A stretch of DNA of 64,000 nucleotides. Origin: an uncultured archaeon. GTDB lineage: Archaea > Asgardarchaeota > Thorarchaeia > Thorarchaeales > Thorarchaeaceae. The notes under the pieces were generated by a model that saw nothing but the letters and a program-made list of their open reading frames with translations, was not told the DNA's origin and did not search any database. The translations under genes and the position numbers were made by a program. Shown piece by piece: positions 1 through 10,335 of the stretch. Numbering within the stretch: the first letter of the stretch is position 1; each line of letters starts with the position of its first letter. The stretch is from NCBI GenBank assembly GCA_964473825.1, contig CAYYQL010000011.1, forward strand, positions 1 through 64,000. Direction: 5' to 3'.

Positions 1-81
1 CCAAATCTTGAGAGTAACAACCAGGGCAAAGAAAAGAAAGCGGGAGAGAGTGACAGAATGCGTGTCACTCTCAACTCAGTC

Positions 82-2334
82 CTAAGTTCTCCGATATACG
101 TAGCGACTCCAAGAACCGAGGTTTGGCATTTCTTCGGGCATTCCCTTGCGTTTACGAATCTCAAGTATCTTCTCTTCTTGGAGATTCGTTGGAACCGGCT
201 CGAACCCACGGAACTCATATCCAAAGAAACTTCGGCCAGCACTAGCACTTCTGAACTCGTCAGCAATGCCTATTGTCTCTGCAGTGGGCAAGATGCCCTT
301 TATGGCCACAGCCTCTTCTTCTCCCTCAATGGTGATGACCTGACCTCTGTGAGAGGTCAACACTTTGATGATTTGACCCTGAGTCTCGGTTGGGGTCTTG
401 ATGTCCACATTCAGAATTGGTTCGAAGAGACCAGGGATTCCGGTGAGGAAACCCATGTTCAGTCCCGAACTGGTCATGGTGGCAACTTCATTGTATCCGG
501 TGTGAGCAGGATCTGTGTGCACTGTGGCATCGGTTATTGTAATCTTCACACCCATAACTGGTTCATGGGCAATAGGGCCGGCATCAACGAACTCCCTGAA
601 TGTGGTCTGGAGATATGAAAAGATTCTGTCGAATCGCTGGACACCACTCATCGCGTCCACAAGCATGCAGGACTCATAGATATCCAGAATCTTGCGCGCC
701 TCTTTCGCGTCCCAGCCAGCCTCATCTCTGAGAATCTGTGCCCGATCTTTTGACGGTTGATCAGCGTAGATTGTCTTCTTCTTGATGAGCTCTACTGTCT
801 TTTCATCGAGAGGCTCCAGATACATCCTGAGGCGGTTATGACCGTTTGGAGACTTGGTATGGAACTCATCCCCTCGCTCAGTCATCTTCTCACGATAGAC
901 AATGATAGGCTCAGATACTGAGATTGGCACCTGCTCACTGATCCGTTTCGTCAGAATCTCTATCTGCAATGGGTCTATGCCATCCAAGCGATACTCGCCA
1001 GACTCCTTGTCGTGAACAAATCTAGCTGTCGGGTCTGCCATGATCCATTTTGAAACGACTTCGCCTAGTTTGGCTATATCTTGAGGATCTTTGGGCTTGA
1101 TGCTTCTGCTTACCACGGGCTCGCTGACGTATTCGATTGCCTCAAAACCGTGCAGCTCTGAGTCTGGACCCACAAAAGTCTCGCCTGAGGGGCACATGAA
1201 TCCGAAGATTGAGAATAGATTACCTGCTGGAACTTCATCCATATCAAGGATATCCGTGATCTCTTGGACACCCAATCGCCGCACACGGGCATTCTGTCTC
1301 ATGTTGACAAGTCGTATCTCCTGTCCAGACTTAAGTGTCCCTGAAAAGACTCTTCCGATGAGAGTAGGACGCTTGCTCTTTGGATCCACGAATATTTTCG
1401 TAATCATCCCGAGAAGTGGTCCATCAGGATCACAGTTGCGCAGTGCGTGTCCCTCTGGGCTCTCAGGATCGCCCTTCCATATCCTTGGAATCTTGTACTG
1501 CTGAGCTGTCTTTGGATCGGGAAGGTGTTTTACAATCATCTCAAGAAGAGCATCGTCAAGAGGCAAGTTTTCTCTCAGCCACTTCTCATCACCTTCATTG
1601 TACTTCTCGAAGACAACAATGGGCTTGATTCCCTTCTTCTCAAGAGTCTTCATCGTGAATGCCCAGCCAGTCTTGGCACTACCAATAGCAACGCTGCCCT
1701 GTTCGAAGCTGACACGCCAGTCCTTGGCATACTCATCAGGTGCAACCTTCTTGATGAGTTCGTTCACTTTCGCGATTATGATGTCAATTCGCTCGTAGAC
1801 CTTCTGAGGTGGCAGCTTGAGCTCGTTGATGAGTCTGTCCACCTTGTTGACAAATAGAACGGGCTTACATGCCTCACCACCGACAGCAAGGCGGATGTTT
1901 GTCTCTGTCTGAGTCATGACTCCTTCAAGAGCATCTACAAGAATAACTGCCCCGTCACTGGCACGCAATGCACGTGAAACTTCACCAGTGAAGGAAAGGT
2001 GTCCGGGAGTATCTGACAGCTGCACAAGATACTCTTCTCCATCGATTTCGAAGTTAAGCAGTACGACTGAAGTGAAGATTGTGATACCTCGTTCCTGTTC
2101 TTCTTCGTCGCTGTCGGTCATCAAAGCCTGTCCGGCCGCGGCATCACTCATCAGACCCGCTCGGCGCATGAGATAGTCCGTGGTGGTTGTCTTACCATGG
2201 TCAATGTGAGCGCTGATGGATATGATTCGCTTGTGCTTGTAATCGTCTGATTTGATGAGCCGTTTTATTGCGTCTGGCTCCTTGATCTTTACCAATTGTT
2301 TCACCCTACTTGTGGCATTCTGTCCCCAACTCAT
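82..2334 (-). CDS. Elongation factor EF-2 family GTPase, divergent (probably the Asgard EF-2 paralog)
   Basis: AHIDHGKTT, EQERGITI, DTPGH, NKVD motifs; domain IV loop reads HTDPAHTG instead of HxDxxHRG; ATG at 2334 preferred over GTG at 2367. Confidence 0.92.
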   Translation of the reverse strand: MSWGQNATSRVKQLVKIKEPDAIKRLIKSDDYKHKRIISISAHIDHGKTTTTDYLMRRAGLMSDAAAGQALMTDSDEEEQERGITIFTSVVLLNFEIDGEEYLVQLSDTPGHLSFTGEVSRALRASDGAVILVDALEGVMTQTETNIRLAVGGEACKPVLFVNKVDRLINELKLPPQKVYERIDIIIAKVNELIKKVAPDEYAKDWRVSFEQGSVAIGSAKTGWAFTMKTLEKKGIKPIVVFEKYNEGDEKWLRENLPLDDALLEMIVKHLPDPKTAQQYKIPRIWKGDPESPEGHALRNCDPDGPLLGMITKIFVDPKSKRPTLIGRVFSGTLKSGQEIRLVNMRQNARVRRLGVQEITDILDMDEVPAGNLFSIFGFMCPSGETFVGPDSELHGFEAIEYVSEPVVSRSIKPKDPQDIAKLGEVVSKWIMADPTARFVHDKESGEYRLDGIDPLQIEILTKRISEQVPISVSEPIIVYREKMTERGDEFHTKSPNGHNRLRMYLEPLDEKTVELIKKKTIYADQPSKDRAQILRDEAGWDAKEARKILDIYESCMLVDAMSGVQRFDRIFSYLQTTFREFVDAGPIAHEPVMGVKITITDATVHTDPAHTGYNEVATMTSSGLNMGFLTGIPGLFEPILNVDIKTPTETQGQIIKVLTSHRGQVITIEGEEEAVAIKGILPTAETIGIADEFRSASAGRSFFGYEFRGFEPVPTNLQEEKILEIRKRKGMPEEMPNLGSWSRYVYRRT

Positions 2335-2684
2335 GAGATGAACACGAGAGAACTCGGTCAGGGACACCGATAATACTCATCGGTGGTTTGGGCGAAAACC
2401 AAATTTGATGCATAAAAGATTATCGTCACGGCATCGGATTTGGTATCTCTAGGTGGTTGCAAACAACTTGATGAGGCTTAGACATCAATCGGATAACAGT
2501 TTGAGAGAACTGACAGGATCATATATCGCTCAGTGCAATGACCCGAGAATGTGGTCAACGTGATATGATAGAGTCCTCTCAGAGTCAGTCCATTGCTGTT
2601 CCATGGACCTATAACGCTCTTTGCCAAATACTGTGCGACTTGCAATGAACGACCAAGATGTATATCATAAATGGAGGGCCCCAC

Positions 2685-3488
2685 CTAGGGAGCATACTTG
2701 GTTGCAACCACAACCATTCGCTCACAATTGGCCGAATAGGGAGTTCTTGGAAGTTTGTTCTGACCCCAGAATTCAACCTTCGAATATCCCACGTCATCCA
2801 GGAGATCGCGTATTTCCAGAGCAGTGTACATTCGAATATTATTGTTGGACATGGCATCCTCATTCATCAGGACTGTCCTGTCGTTTCCCGTATCGATGAA
2901 GGTTGCAGGCCGTCCTCGAAGAACTCCACTGGGAGCATCAAGAACATGAGGCTCTGTGATAAGGTACCCATTCTCCATTTTGGTCCAGCTTCTATGAGAT
3001 CTGGGAAGGTTGTAAGGATTCAGCAGGTCCAGCAAGATCCGTCCGTTCTTAGCAAGCGACCTGTACGAGTTATCAAGTACCCCTTTGTTCTCCTCCTGGT
3101 TGAAGAAGCCAAAACTGTGACTTAGCAGTACCGCCCCTTTGAATCTCTGGTCGAAGTCCATCTCCCTCATGTCTCCACGATAGAACTGGACATCCACTTT
3201 CTCTCGCTTCGCCTTCTCTTTTGCAAACTCAATGAGGGTCTTTGAGATGTCAAATCCTGTGACCTTAAGCCCCCGCTTAGAGAAGAGAATCGAATGCTCT
3301 CCTGCCCCACATGCAATATCGAGGAGCTCGTCACCCTTCTTCAGATTCAGGGTCTGAATACAGAACTCCACAACCATCTCATCGTAATGCCTGATTCCGG
3401 GAATTGAGCTTCGATGCTTGATCCTGAAGACCTCTGCCCAGAAATCATCCCAGCCCAGTTCAACCTGTTCCATCGCAGTTACATCCAT
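2685..3488 (-). CDS. Class I SAM-dependent methyltransferase
   Basis: LLDIACGAG motif I, VTGFDIS, GDMR, HSFGFF; start uncertain (3488 or 3473). Confidence 0.88.
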   Translation of the reverse strand: MDVTAMEQVELGWDDFWAEVFRIKHRSSIPGIRHYDEMVVEFCIQTLNLKKGDELLDIACGAGEHSILFSKRGLKVTGFDISKTLIEFAKEKAKREKVDVQFYRGDMREMDFDQRFKGAVLLSHSFGFFNQEENKGVLDNSYRSLAKNGRILLDLLNPYNLPRSHRSWTKMENGYLITEPHVLDAPSGVLRGRPATFIDTGNDRTVLMNEDAMSNNNIRMYTALEIRDLLDDVGYSKVEFWGQNKLPRTPYSANCERMVVVATKYAP

Positions 3489-3870
3489 GAGAAACGAGCT
3501 GGCGCGGAATATGAACATTGCCATATTGATGTGGACATGGTTCACTCAAAAGATATTGCCGTAATAGAGTGGAGACACCCGTACCCTGTCTTTTCTTGAT
3601 TACTCTCCGCCGGGAGGGACGCAGACTCAAGCAACAGGAAAACTCCATCAAGTTATCATGATGGTACGGGTCTTACGTCTCCATATTTATAACAGACACA
3701 TTTCCCTATAAATCTACGGGTTGAAGCCTAAAAACTACAACTCTTCTTTTTTTCGACATAAATAACTAATAATAGAATACGGTCTGATTGAGGGCGTATC
3801 GCGGACAGCAACTCGTTAGGGCATCATTGACACAGAAAGAGAAGACAAAAGACCGTGAATGGATGGAGAA

Positions 3871-3946
3871 TGGTAGCCCCGCCAGGATTTGAACCTAGGT
3901 CCGGGGGGCCAGAACCCCCGATGCTGGACCACTACACCACGGGGCT
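3871..3946 (-). tRNA. tRNA-Gln(CTG), CCA encoded, no intron
   Basis: Reverse complement AGCCCCG...CGGGGCT-ACCA acceptor stem, GGGGG/CCCCC anticodon stem with loop TTCTGGC, GGTTCAAATCC T-arm. Confidence 0.96.
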
Positions 3947-4120
3947 ATGCTAGTTTCAGATGCTGCGCATCCAGCTTCAGCACCCGGCCACTGCTGAATA
4001 TCATATTATCTTTTCGATTCTGCCTTTGTCAATCACGGCAACATCTGAAGAGCCTGACTTGTATGGTCTACTCCACATAACTAATTAGTATGAGTATCGG
4101 CTCTCTTGTGTGAAAAGACA

Positions 4121-4852
4121 ATGCCGATCTGGAGTGAGTTGACACATCAGGATTTCATAGAGAAGAGCCAAGAGACTGAAGTCGCGGTATTGGCCACAGG
4201 TGCCCTAGAGGCTCATGGGAAGCATCTGCCTCTCGGGACCGATACGTTCTTGCCGGCCTATCTTGCAGGCGCCGTTGCAGAACAGACGAAAGCTCTCGTT
4301 CTTCCTGAGATTCCATTTGGCGATAGCTGGGCATTCAAGGACTACAGAGGAACCATTAGCATTGACAATAACATCCTCGTGAGGTTCTATGTTCAGATCA
4401 TGAAGGCAGTTTTCGAACATGGATTTCGTTACATTGTAGCGATAAACGGTCACGGGGGAAACACTTCCGCCCTAGAAAACGCTGCCAAGATTGCAACCGA
4501 GGGTGGCGAACGCACGGTGATTGTTGTGAACTGGTGGCGAGATCTAGCGAAAGAAGCAAGGGCACAGGTACTCGATACCCCTGAGGGGCATGCTGCAGAA
4601 GATGAAACCTCCGAGGTCATGTACATACATCCCGAATTGGTAGACATGAGTTCTGCCGAGTCCGCATATGTGGAGATGGAGTATAGGATTGTTTCTGCAT
4701 CATATCGACAGGAGCTGTATCCCTCTGCAGTACATGGAGATCCCACCTCCGCCACCGCAGAGAAAGGAGAGGCAATAATGAAGGAAGCTGTTCAGAATCT
4801 GGTGGACCTCATCGAGAACTTGGAGAAAGGAAGACTGCCGATCAAGAACTAG
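4121..4852 (+). CDS. Creatininase / creatinine amidohydrolase family protein
   Basis: GALEAHGKHLPLGTD, INGHGGN, GHAAEDETS motifs. Confidence 0.9.
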   Translation: MPIWSELTHQDFIEKSQETEVAVLATGALEAHGKHLPLGTDTFLPAYLAGAVAEQTKALVLPEIPFGDSWAFKDYRGTISIDNNILVRFYVQIMKAVFEHGFRYIVAINGHGGNTSALENAAKIATEGGERTVIVVNWWRDLAKEARAQVLDTPEGHAAEDETSEVMYIHPELVDMSSAESAYVEMEYRIVSASYRQELYPSAVHGDPTSATAEKGEAIMKEAVQNLVDLIENLEKGRLPIKN

Positions 4853-5700
4853 ATACCAACTTTGAATATGAGCGCATCTCGAAGAACTCGCTGAAACATC
4901 CTGAGCAGGTTCTTTCCCTCGGTAGCTATCGTCGGAAATATGGGATATCCTTCGACATCAAGTAGATCGGCCATATAGTTGACAGGTAGCGCGTTGGGTA
5001 GGTCGCGCTTGTTAAGAGAGATTACGATAGGCATGGTTGCGAGCCGGTCAGTTCCAAGAGCAATCCTTAGTTCCTCCATGGAGGCAAGGTTCTCATTCAT
5101 AGACTCAGGCCTCGAGTCCGCCATGAATATGATTCCATCGGAATCCCTGAGAACTGTAATTCTGTTCTGTGCATGCCGTCTCTGCCCCGCTACCGTGAAG
5201 ACATCAAAAACAACTTTCTCACTCGCGGTGATGGGTACGAAGTCGAAGAACGTGGTTCGGCCCAGTTCGTCGGAAATCTCGATTATCTTGCCCTTAGAGA
5301 GGCTACGGACATTCGCAAAGAGCCACCGCAATGCAGTCGTCTTTCCAGAGAGCGATGGACCATAAAACACGATTTTGATATGGATGCGCCCCTTGTCATC
5401 TCGCTTGAGCTCTTTGCCAGGTACAATCTCAGAAACTGTGTGAGGTTTAATCTTAGCAGCCTGAGCCATAGTCCTTGTTGCATTAGCATCTATGCCCAGT
5501 TCCTCAGGGCTAGCCACAAGGCTCTCTGTTGGCAGGGGGGCTCTTGTCACGGCTGGTTCAGAAACAGATGGTATCTCAGGTTCGCTCGTTTCGGTGTCGG
5601 TTGTATCGTCAGCTCGCGGGTCCTCTGATTTTGGCTCCTTCTTTTCGGAGCGCTTGAACCTTTCAATTAACCTGCGAAATAATGACAAACCGCTCTCCAT
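4849..5700 (-). CDS. MglA-like small GTPase with N-terminal extension
   Basis: KIVFYGPSLSGKTT, RTTFFDF, TVAGQ, NKRDL, PTIA: the MglA-type pattern. Confidence 0.88.
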   Translation of the reverse strand: MESGLSLFRRLIERFKRSEKKEPKSEDPRADDTTDTETSEPEIPSVSEPAVTRAPLPTESLVASPEELGIDANATRTMAQAAKIKPHTVSEIVPGKELKRDDKGRIHIKIVFYGPSLSGKTTALRWLFANVRSLSKGKIIEISDELGRTTFFDFVPITASEKVVFDVFTVAGQRRHAQNRITVLRDSDGIIFMADSRPESMNENLASMEELRIALGTDRLATMPIVISLNKRDLPNALPVNYMADLLDVEGYPIFPTIATEGKNLLRMFQRVLRDALIFKVGI

Positions 5701-5788
5701 TCATTTCACAGTCCATTCAGGACTTAAATCTTAGGGGGATGTTCCAATCAGTGATATTTATCAGAAGAATACCTTTCGGAAGAACATT

Positions 5789-6913
5789 ATGGCTCCAGAG
5801 ATAGACCCAGACTTCATCAGAACCAGCTTCCCCACACTGTCAGAGATGACTTACCTGAATAATGCCTCAACCGGAATTCCGCCCCAGCAGTGCGTTACGG
5901 CCATGCAATCGTATCTGAACGACAGGGTGCGGGCGGCTGGTGATTTCGAGAAGACACTCAGGACCTTTACAAGAATCACAGATAACTTGGCGAACTTGTT
6001 GGGCGGCACCAAGGAGCAGTATGGCTTTGTTGGCAGCACCTCCATGGGCCTAAACTCCATCGCTCATGCCATTGAATACCCGAGAGGGTCGAATATCGTA
6101 ATCTGTGATCTTGAGTTTCCCTCCAACTACATACCCTGGCAGAACATCAGTCAACTCTTAGGTGTTGAACTTAGAGTGGTGAAGAGTTCTCATGGCACAG
6201 CCTCACCCAGTGGTTTCGAAGAACTAGTGAATGAGAATACCCGTGTCGTTGCCGTAAGCCACGTGCAGTTTGGTTCCGGATACAAATCAGACCTAGAAGA
6301 ATTAGCACGGATAGCCCATGGCGAAGATGCAATTCTTGTTGCTGATATTATCCAATCAGCAGGATGGGCAGACATAGACCTTGAGAGATGGGACGTTGAC
6401 TTTGCATCAGCTCAAGCGGCAAAATGGCTTCTGGGCCCAATAGGCGCCGGATTTGTATATGTAAGCAATCGCATCATGGACAGACTGAGGCCGAGATTCA
6501 TGGGGTGGTGGGGAGTCAGAGATATCGCGAACTTTACCTATTTCGAGAGAGAGCCCTTACCCGATGCTCGCATGTTTCAGATTGGATCCCCAGCAATGAT
6601 TGCCTACGTAGGTTTCTTAGCATCTCTGGATGTCTTACTTGAGCTAGACGCAGAAACACGGGAGGCAGTTGCAATGCAAAACGCAGACTACATCAGAAAC
6701 AGACTTGATGAGATTGGAGTTCCGTACTATGATTTCGGAAACAGACATAACTCAGCAATAGTTTCGAGCGAGCCTGAGAACGTGGAAGAGATACAGAAGA
6801 AACTGAGCGACAATGGCATTCACTGTTCCGTCAGAAATGGGAGACTGCGGGTATCGCCTCATTTCTACAACACGACTGACGAGATAGATCGACTTGTTGA
6901 GTATCTGAGGTGA
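5789..6913 (+). CDS. Class V PLP-dependent aminotransferase (cysteine desulfurase-like fold)
   Basis: YLNNAS, EFPSN, DIIQSAG, AKWLLGP (PLP lysine), LRVSPHFYN. Confidence 0.9.
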   Translation: MAPEIDPDFIRTSFPTLSEMTYLNNASTGIPPQQCVTAMQSYLNDRVRAAGDFEKTLRTFTRITDNLANLLGGTKEQYGFVGSTSMGLNSIAHAIEYPRGSNIVICDLEFPSNYIPWQNISQLLGVELRVVKSSHGTASPSGFEELVNENTRVVAVSHVQFGSGYKSDLEELARIAHGEDAILVADIIQSAGWADIDLERWDVDFASAQAAKWLLGPIGAGFVYVSNRIMDRLRPRFMGWWGVRDIANFTYFEREPLPDARMFQIGSPAMIAYVGFLASLDVLLELDAETREAVAMQNADYIRNRLDEIGVPYYDFGNRHNSAIVSSEPENVEEIQKKLSDNGIHCSVRNGRLRVSPHFYNTTDEIDRLVEYLR

Positions 6914-6917
6914 CGAT

Positions 6918-7598
6918 GTGTTTGACCAGATTTTACCCAACATTCATTTCAGAACCAGCAGCAGTTTCGATAGCAATATCGGCCTCATATCTAGCGGCAA
7001 CAAGGTCGTTCTGATAGACACTGGAACAGGCATGCACTCCGATGCTCTTCAGCGAGATCTCGAGAAACTAGGAGTTTCATTCAGTGATGTCTCGGATATC
7101 GTACTGACCCACAGTCACATAGACCACATCGGTGGAGTTGTGGCTATTCTTGAGGAGTCGGATCCAACAATACATCTCCACAAAAGCGAAGCAGAGATGA
7201 TCAACTCTGGAAACATGGAGCTTACACTCTCTAGCCATTTCGGTGTGAAGCTGCCGCCCATCAGGATTGACAAGATGTTAGAAGAGGGGGATACCGTCAG
7301 ATTCGGCGATATGAGTCTGGAGGTCCTACACACCCCGGGTCATTCTCTCGGATGTGTCTGCCTGTTTGAGAAGAGCCTGAACCTTATGTTTACAGGAGAT
7401 ACTATGTTCCCAGGGGCCAGCTTTGGTCGGGTTGATTTCCCCACCGGCAGTCCCGAGGATTTGGTGGCCTCCCTCAAGAGACTCTCCGAGATTGACTTCG
7501 AAATAGCACTCCCGGGCCATATGTATCCCATCAGACACGACGCATCCAGATCTGCTGGTAATTCATACAGAAGTGCAAAAATGATGTTCAGGATTTAG
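6918..7598 (+). CDS. Metallo-beta-lactamase fold hydrolase (glyoxalase II-like)
   Basis: THSHIDHIGG, HTPGHS, FTGD, PGH. Confidence 0.92.
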   Translation: MFDQILPNIHFRTSSSFDSNIGLISSGNKVVLIDTGTGMHSDALQRDLEKLGVSFSDVSDIVLTHSHIDHIGGVVAILEESDPTIHLHKSEAEMINSGNMELTLSSHFGVKLPPIRIDKMLEEGDTVRFGDMSLEVLHTPGHSLGCVCLFEKSLNLMFTGDTMFPGASFGRVDFPTGSPEDLVASLKRLSEIDFEIALPGHMYPIRHDASRSAGNSYRSAKMMFRI

Positions 7599-8583
7599 TC
7601 ATGGCACGTACAAGCTCCTCAGTATACAACGAGGGCTTCTCGAGATCCACTTCTTCGTCAGGCAAGTACTTCGATTCGAGTGCGCGAACCAGAGCGAACA
7701 CCGACCTGCTAGCGGGAGTAGGAATACCTAATTCCTGGCCAATCGTGATGACCACACCAGTAATTGATTCAATCTCTGTGCGTTTCATTGCACGAATATC
7801 CTGAAGCATTGAATTGATGTTGTTGCCTGTGGCCTTTGCTGTCCCAAGTGTGTATCTCACAGGATCGTCAGTGGTGAGCTCAATGCCGAGCCGCTCCACA
7901 ATAAGAGAGGCCTCCTCAACCAGCTTGACCACAAGCCCTCTCAGAGCAGGATTACTGTGAATCTCTCCATTCGTCAAGCCAGTGAGAGCGCCCACCGGAT
8001 TGATCCCACAGTTGACAATCGTCTTAGTCCAGACGACTCCATCTATGTTATCCGATTCAGCAACCTCGAATCCCGCTTCTCGAAGAGCAGCAGCAAACTC
8101 ATAGACAGCCTCCATGTTCTCGTCATAGTGTGACCCTATTTCGGTGAGCCCCTGTCCCGTCACTTCTACTGCGCCGGATGCAACAATCTCTGCACCGAAG
8201 CAAGTCGTAGCTCTGAGTACTGCCGTCGTACCCAGTGCCTTTGCCACTTGGCGTTCTGTACCGAGACCATTCTGCAGCACAACCACTCTGGCACCTGCCT
8301 TCACAACATGCTCGATATCTCGAGCAGCACGGATTGTGTCGTAAGTCTTTGTGGTAATCATAACATAATCGGCATGCACCACATCATGAGGATTGCTGGT
8401 TGCCTCGATGTCGATGGTGTGTTCTCCCAAGACCCCTGAAATTTTGAGCCCTGAATCGTTGATGCTGAGCACATGGTTGGGTCTGCCGATGAGGACTACA
8501 TCATGCCCTGCAATCTTAAGAAGACCGCCGTAGAGACTTCCGATGGCTCCGGCGCCCATAATAGCGATTCGCATGTTAGTCAC
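7588..8583 (-). CDS. panE: 2-dehydropantoate 2-reductase
   Basis: GAGAIG, LQNGLG, WTKTIVNCGIN, SMLQD..TE; overlaps PPS in a CoA operon. Confidence 0.93.
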   Translation of the reverse strand: MTNMRIAIMGAGAIGSLYGGLLKIAGHDVVLIGRPNHVLSINDSGLKISGVLGEHTIDIEATSNPHDVVHADYVMITTKTYDTIRAARDIEHVVKAGARVVVLQNGLGTERQVAKALGTTAVLRATTCFGAEIVASGAVEVTGQGLTEIGSHYDENMEAVYEFAAALREAGFEVAESDNIDGVVWTKTIVNCGINPVGALTGLTNGEIHSNPALRGLVVKLVEEASLIVERLGIELTTDDPVRYTLGTAKATGNNINSMLQDIRAMKRTEIESITGVVITIGQELGIPTPASRSVFALVRALESKYLPDEEVDLEKPSLYTEELVRAMTKS

Positions 8584-9385
8584 TCACCTCGTCACTGAAT
8601 TCGTGCAGGCGTATATCGGCCTGTCTTGATATCTCATTTAGGTGTTCCCCTATTATCTTGATGGATTCACGAAGATTCTCAACATTATCGAAGTTGTCAA
8701 CAATCTGCTGTAGCTCACTCTGTGATGTGTCAGCTAGCTCTCTTGCGAAGTCAACCATGAGTGGCAATGCTCGGACTATGTTGTCGACAACAGTGACATT
8801 GGAATACAATGCAGTGCGACTCATGGGATTGAGGTCAATGGTGGCTACATACTTGCCGATGCGTCGGAGGGCTTCAGTTCTGTCCCCATCTTCCAATGGA
8901 ACCAGCACATAATCGGCTTGCGCTATACCCTCGGAGTCAACCTTTCGCCTATTGCTGCTCAGCTCGGGTATGGTCTCAGATGGACGATCGTGAGTTCCAA
9001 GCACTCTCTTGGCCCCGGCTTCAGTGAGTGCCTTGAGAATGGCATCTTCTCGCTCCTTCCTGTAGTAGAAGAGGTTGATCTCAAGTGGTGCACTAGTGAG
9101 TTCGGAGAGAGCGACAAGCTCGTCAGGCACGAGAGAACATGCGTTTCCGTTAACACTTATGACAGGAGTATCTGCGAGTAGCATCGCGGCCACCGCGGCT
9201 TTTGCGGCATTTCTTGCTAGCTCGGTTGTCTCTTCTCCAATCATGTAGTCAAATGCTTCCCCTCTTCCGTGAGCGAGAAGACCAGCTGTTGCTACAATGT
9301 GTTTCTCATGTCCCTCGATAATCTGATGTCGCACCTCCAGCGACACACGACGTGGATGATCGGGCGGCACGTGCACATCTGTCAT
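8576..9385 (-). CDS. Phosphopantothenate synthetase (archaeal PPS)
   Basis: HPRRVSL, AHGRGEAFDY, ISVNGN, VPLEDGDR, IDLNPMSRT. Confidence 0.95.
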   Translation of the reverse strand: MTDVHVPPDHPRRVSLEVRHQIIEGHEKHIVATAGLLAHGRGEAFDYMIGEETTELARNAAKAAVAAMLLADTPVISVNGNACSLVPDELVALSELTSAPLEINLFYYRKEREDAILKALTEAGAKRVLGTHDRPSETIPELSSNRRKVDSEGIAQADYVLVPLEDGDRTEALRRIGKYVATIDLNPMSRTALYSNVTVVDNIVRALPLMVDFARELADTSQSELQQIVDNFDNVENLRESIKIIGEHLNEISRQADIRLHEFSDEVSD

Positions 9386-10308
9386 TCTCTCAGAATACCT
9401 CCTTCATCAGATATCTGAGTAATCATAACTCTGTCTTCATCGTAGTATTCAGACAGTATTCGACGTGGTTCGTCTGTATCACCAGTGCAGATACAGAAGA
9501 CTGCATCACCCAGCATGACCATGCTGGAATCAGGAAATCCTGAGTCTTCAAGATCCGAGAGAGCCCTGCTCACTCGCTCGGGCATCAGACCAGTACTCTG
9601 AGCAAAGGTTCGAGAGCATTCGATGAAGGTCTCAAGCCTTGGGTCTGAGTCGAGCCGCTCGATGAGTCTTGCGCCTGCTTGATTGATTCTTCGCCTTGTC
9701 TCTCCATTGGTCAGTACAAGACGAGTCTCAACACCGGGAGACCCCGCTAGAACCACGTGGCAATCAGTGGGAGTGCCTATTCTTGTCGCATGGCCAGTGT
9801 TTGGCGCCCCCGGTTTGAGCCTGATCTCTAGACCTCCGAGAGTCTGAGCAATCACATCGCCAAGGCCAGTATGATTTACAACCTCTGCATAGTGGGCATA
9901 TCGTCCCGCCCTAACAAGATCATAAGAATCGTACAAGAGAGAGTCTAAAGCGATGGCTGCCCCCAGTGCACCAGCTCCCGAAGCGCCATAGCCAGTGCCG
10001 ATGGGAAGATGGGATGTATAGTCAACATTGACTTCCATTCTCTTACCTTTATCTTCCAACATCTTAGTCACCACTGTGCGTGTCACCGGGGCATCCAAAG
10101 GAGAGCCGTTGTATACAACCGATATCGAAGGCTTATCAGCTGGCTCCACCCAGAGTTTCGTGATGGTCCCCGCTTTGATGCAAAACCCCGACCCTGTCGA
10201 ACCTCTGAGAAATGGGTCATCGTATTCATCATGTATGCGGAAGAACCCCGTCACGTGACCAGGAACGAAGGCCTCTGCGGTTCTTATTGCTTTCAATGCT
10301 CTCTTCAT
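9382..10308 (-). CDS. Pantoate kinase (GHMP family, PoK)
   Basis: AFVPGHVTGFF, GSTGSG, PIGTGYGASGA, TGLGDV, MVMLG. Confidence 0.93.
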   Translation of the reverse strand: MKRALKAIRTAEAFVPGHVTGFFRIHDEYDDPFLRGSTGSGFCIKAGTITKLWVEPADKPSISVVYNGSPLDAPVTRTVVTKMLEDKGKRMEVNVDYTSHLPIGTGYGASGAGALGAAIALDSLLYDSYDLVRAGRYAHYAEVVNHTGLGDVIAQTLGGLEIRLKPGAPNTGHATRIGTPTDCHVVLAGSPGVETRLVLTNGETRRRINQAGARLIERLDSDPRLETFIECSRTFAQSTGLMPERVSRALSDLEDSGFPDSSMVMLGDAVFCICTGDTDEPRRILSEYYDEDRVMITQISDEGGILRE

Positions 10309-10335
10309 CCCGGACAACTCCCAGTGACGTATAAG

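Noticed and set aside
3600-3660. SAM-I-like words (GGAGGGAC, GCAAC) and a fluoride-like GATGGAGTT
   Set aside because: SAM-like words are antisense to the methyltransferase and lack the other conserved segments; the fluoride pseudoknot partner is missing
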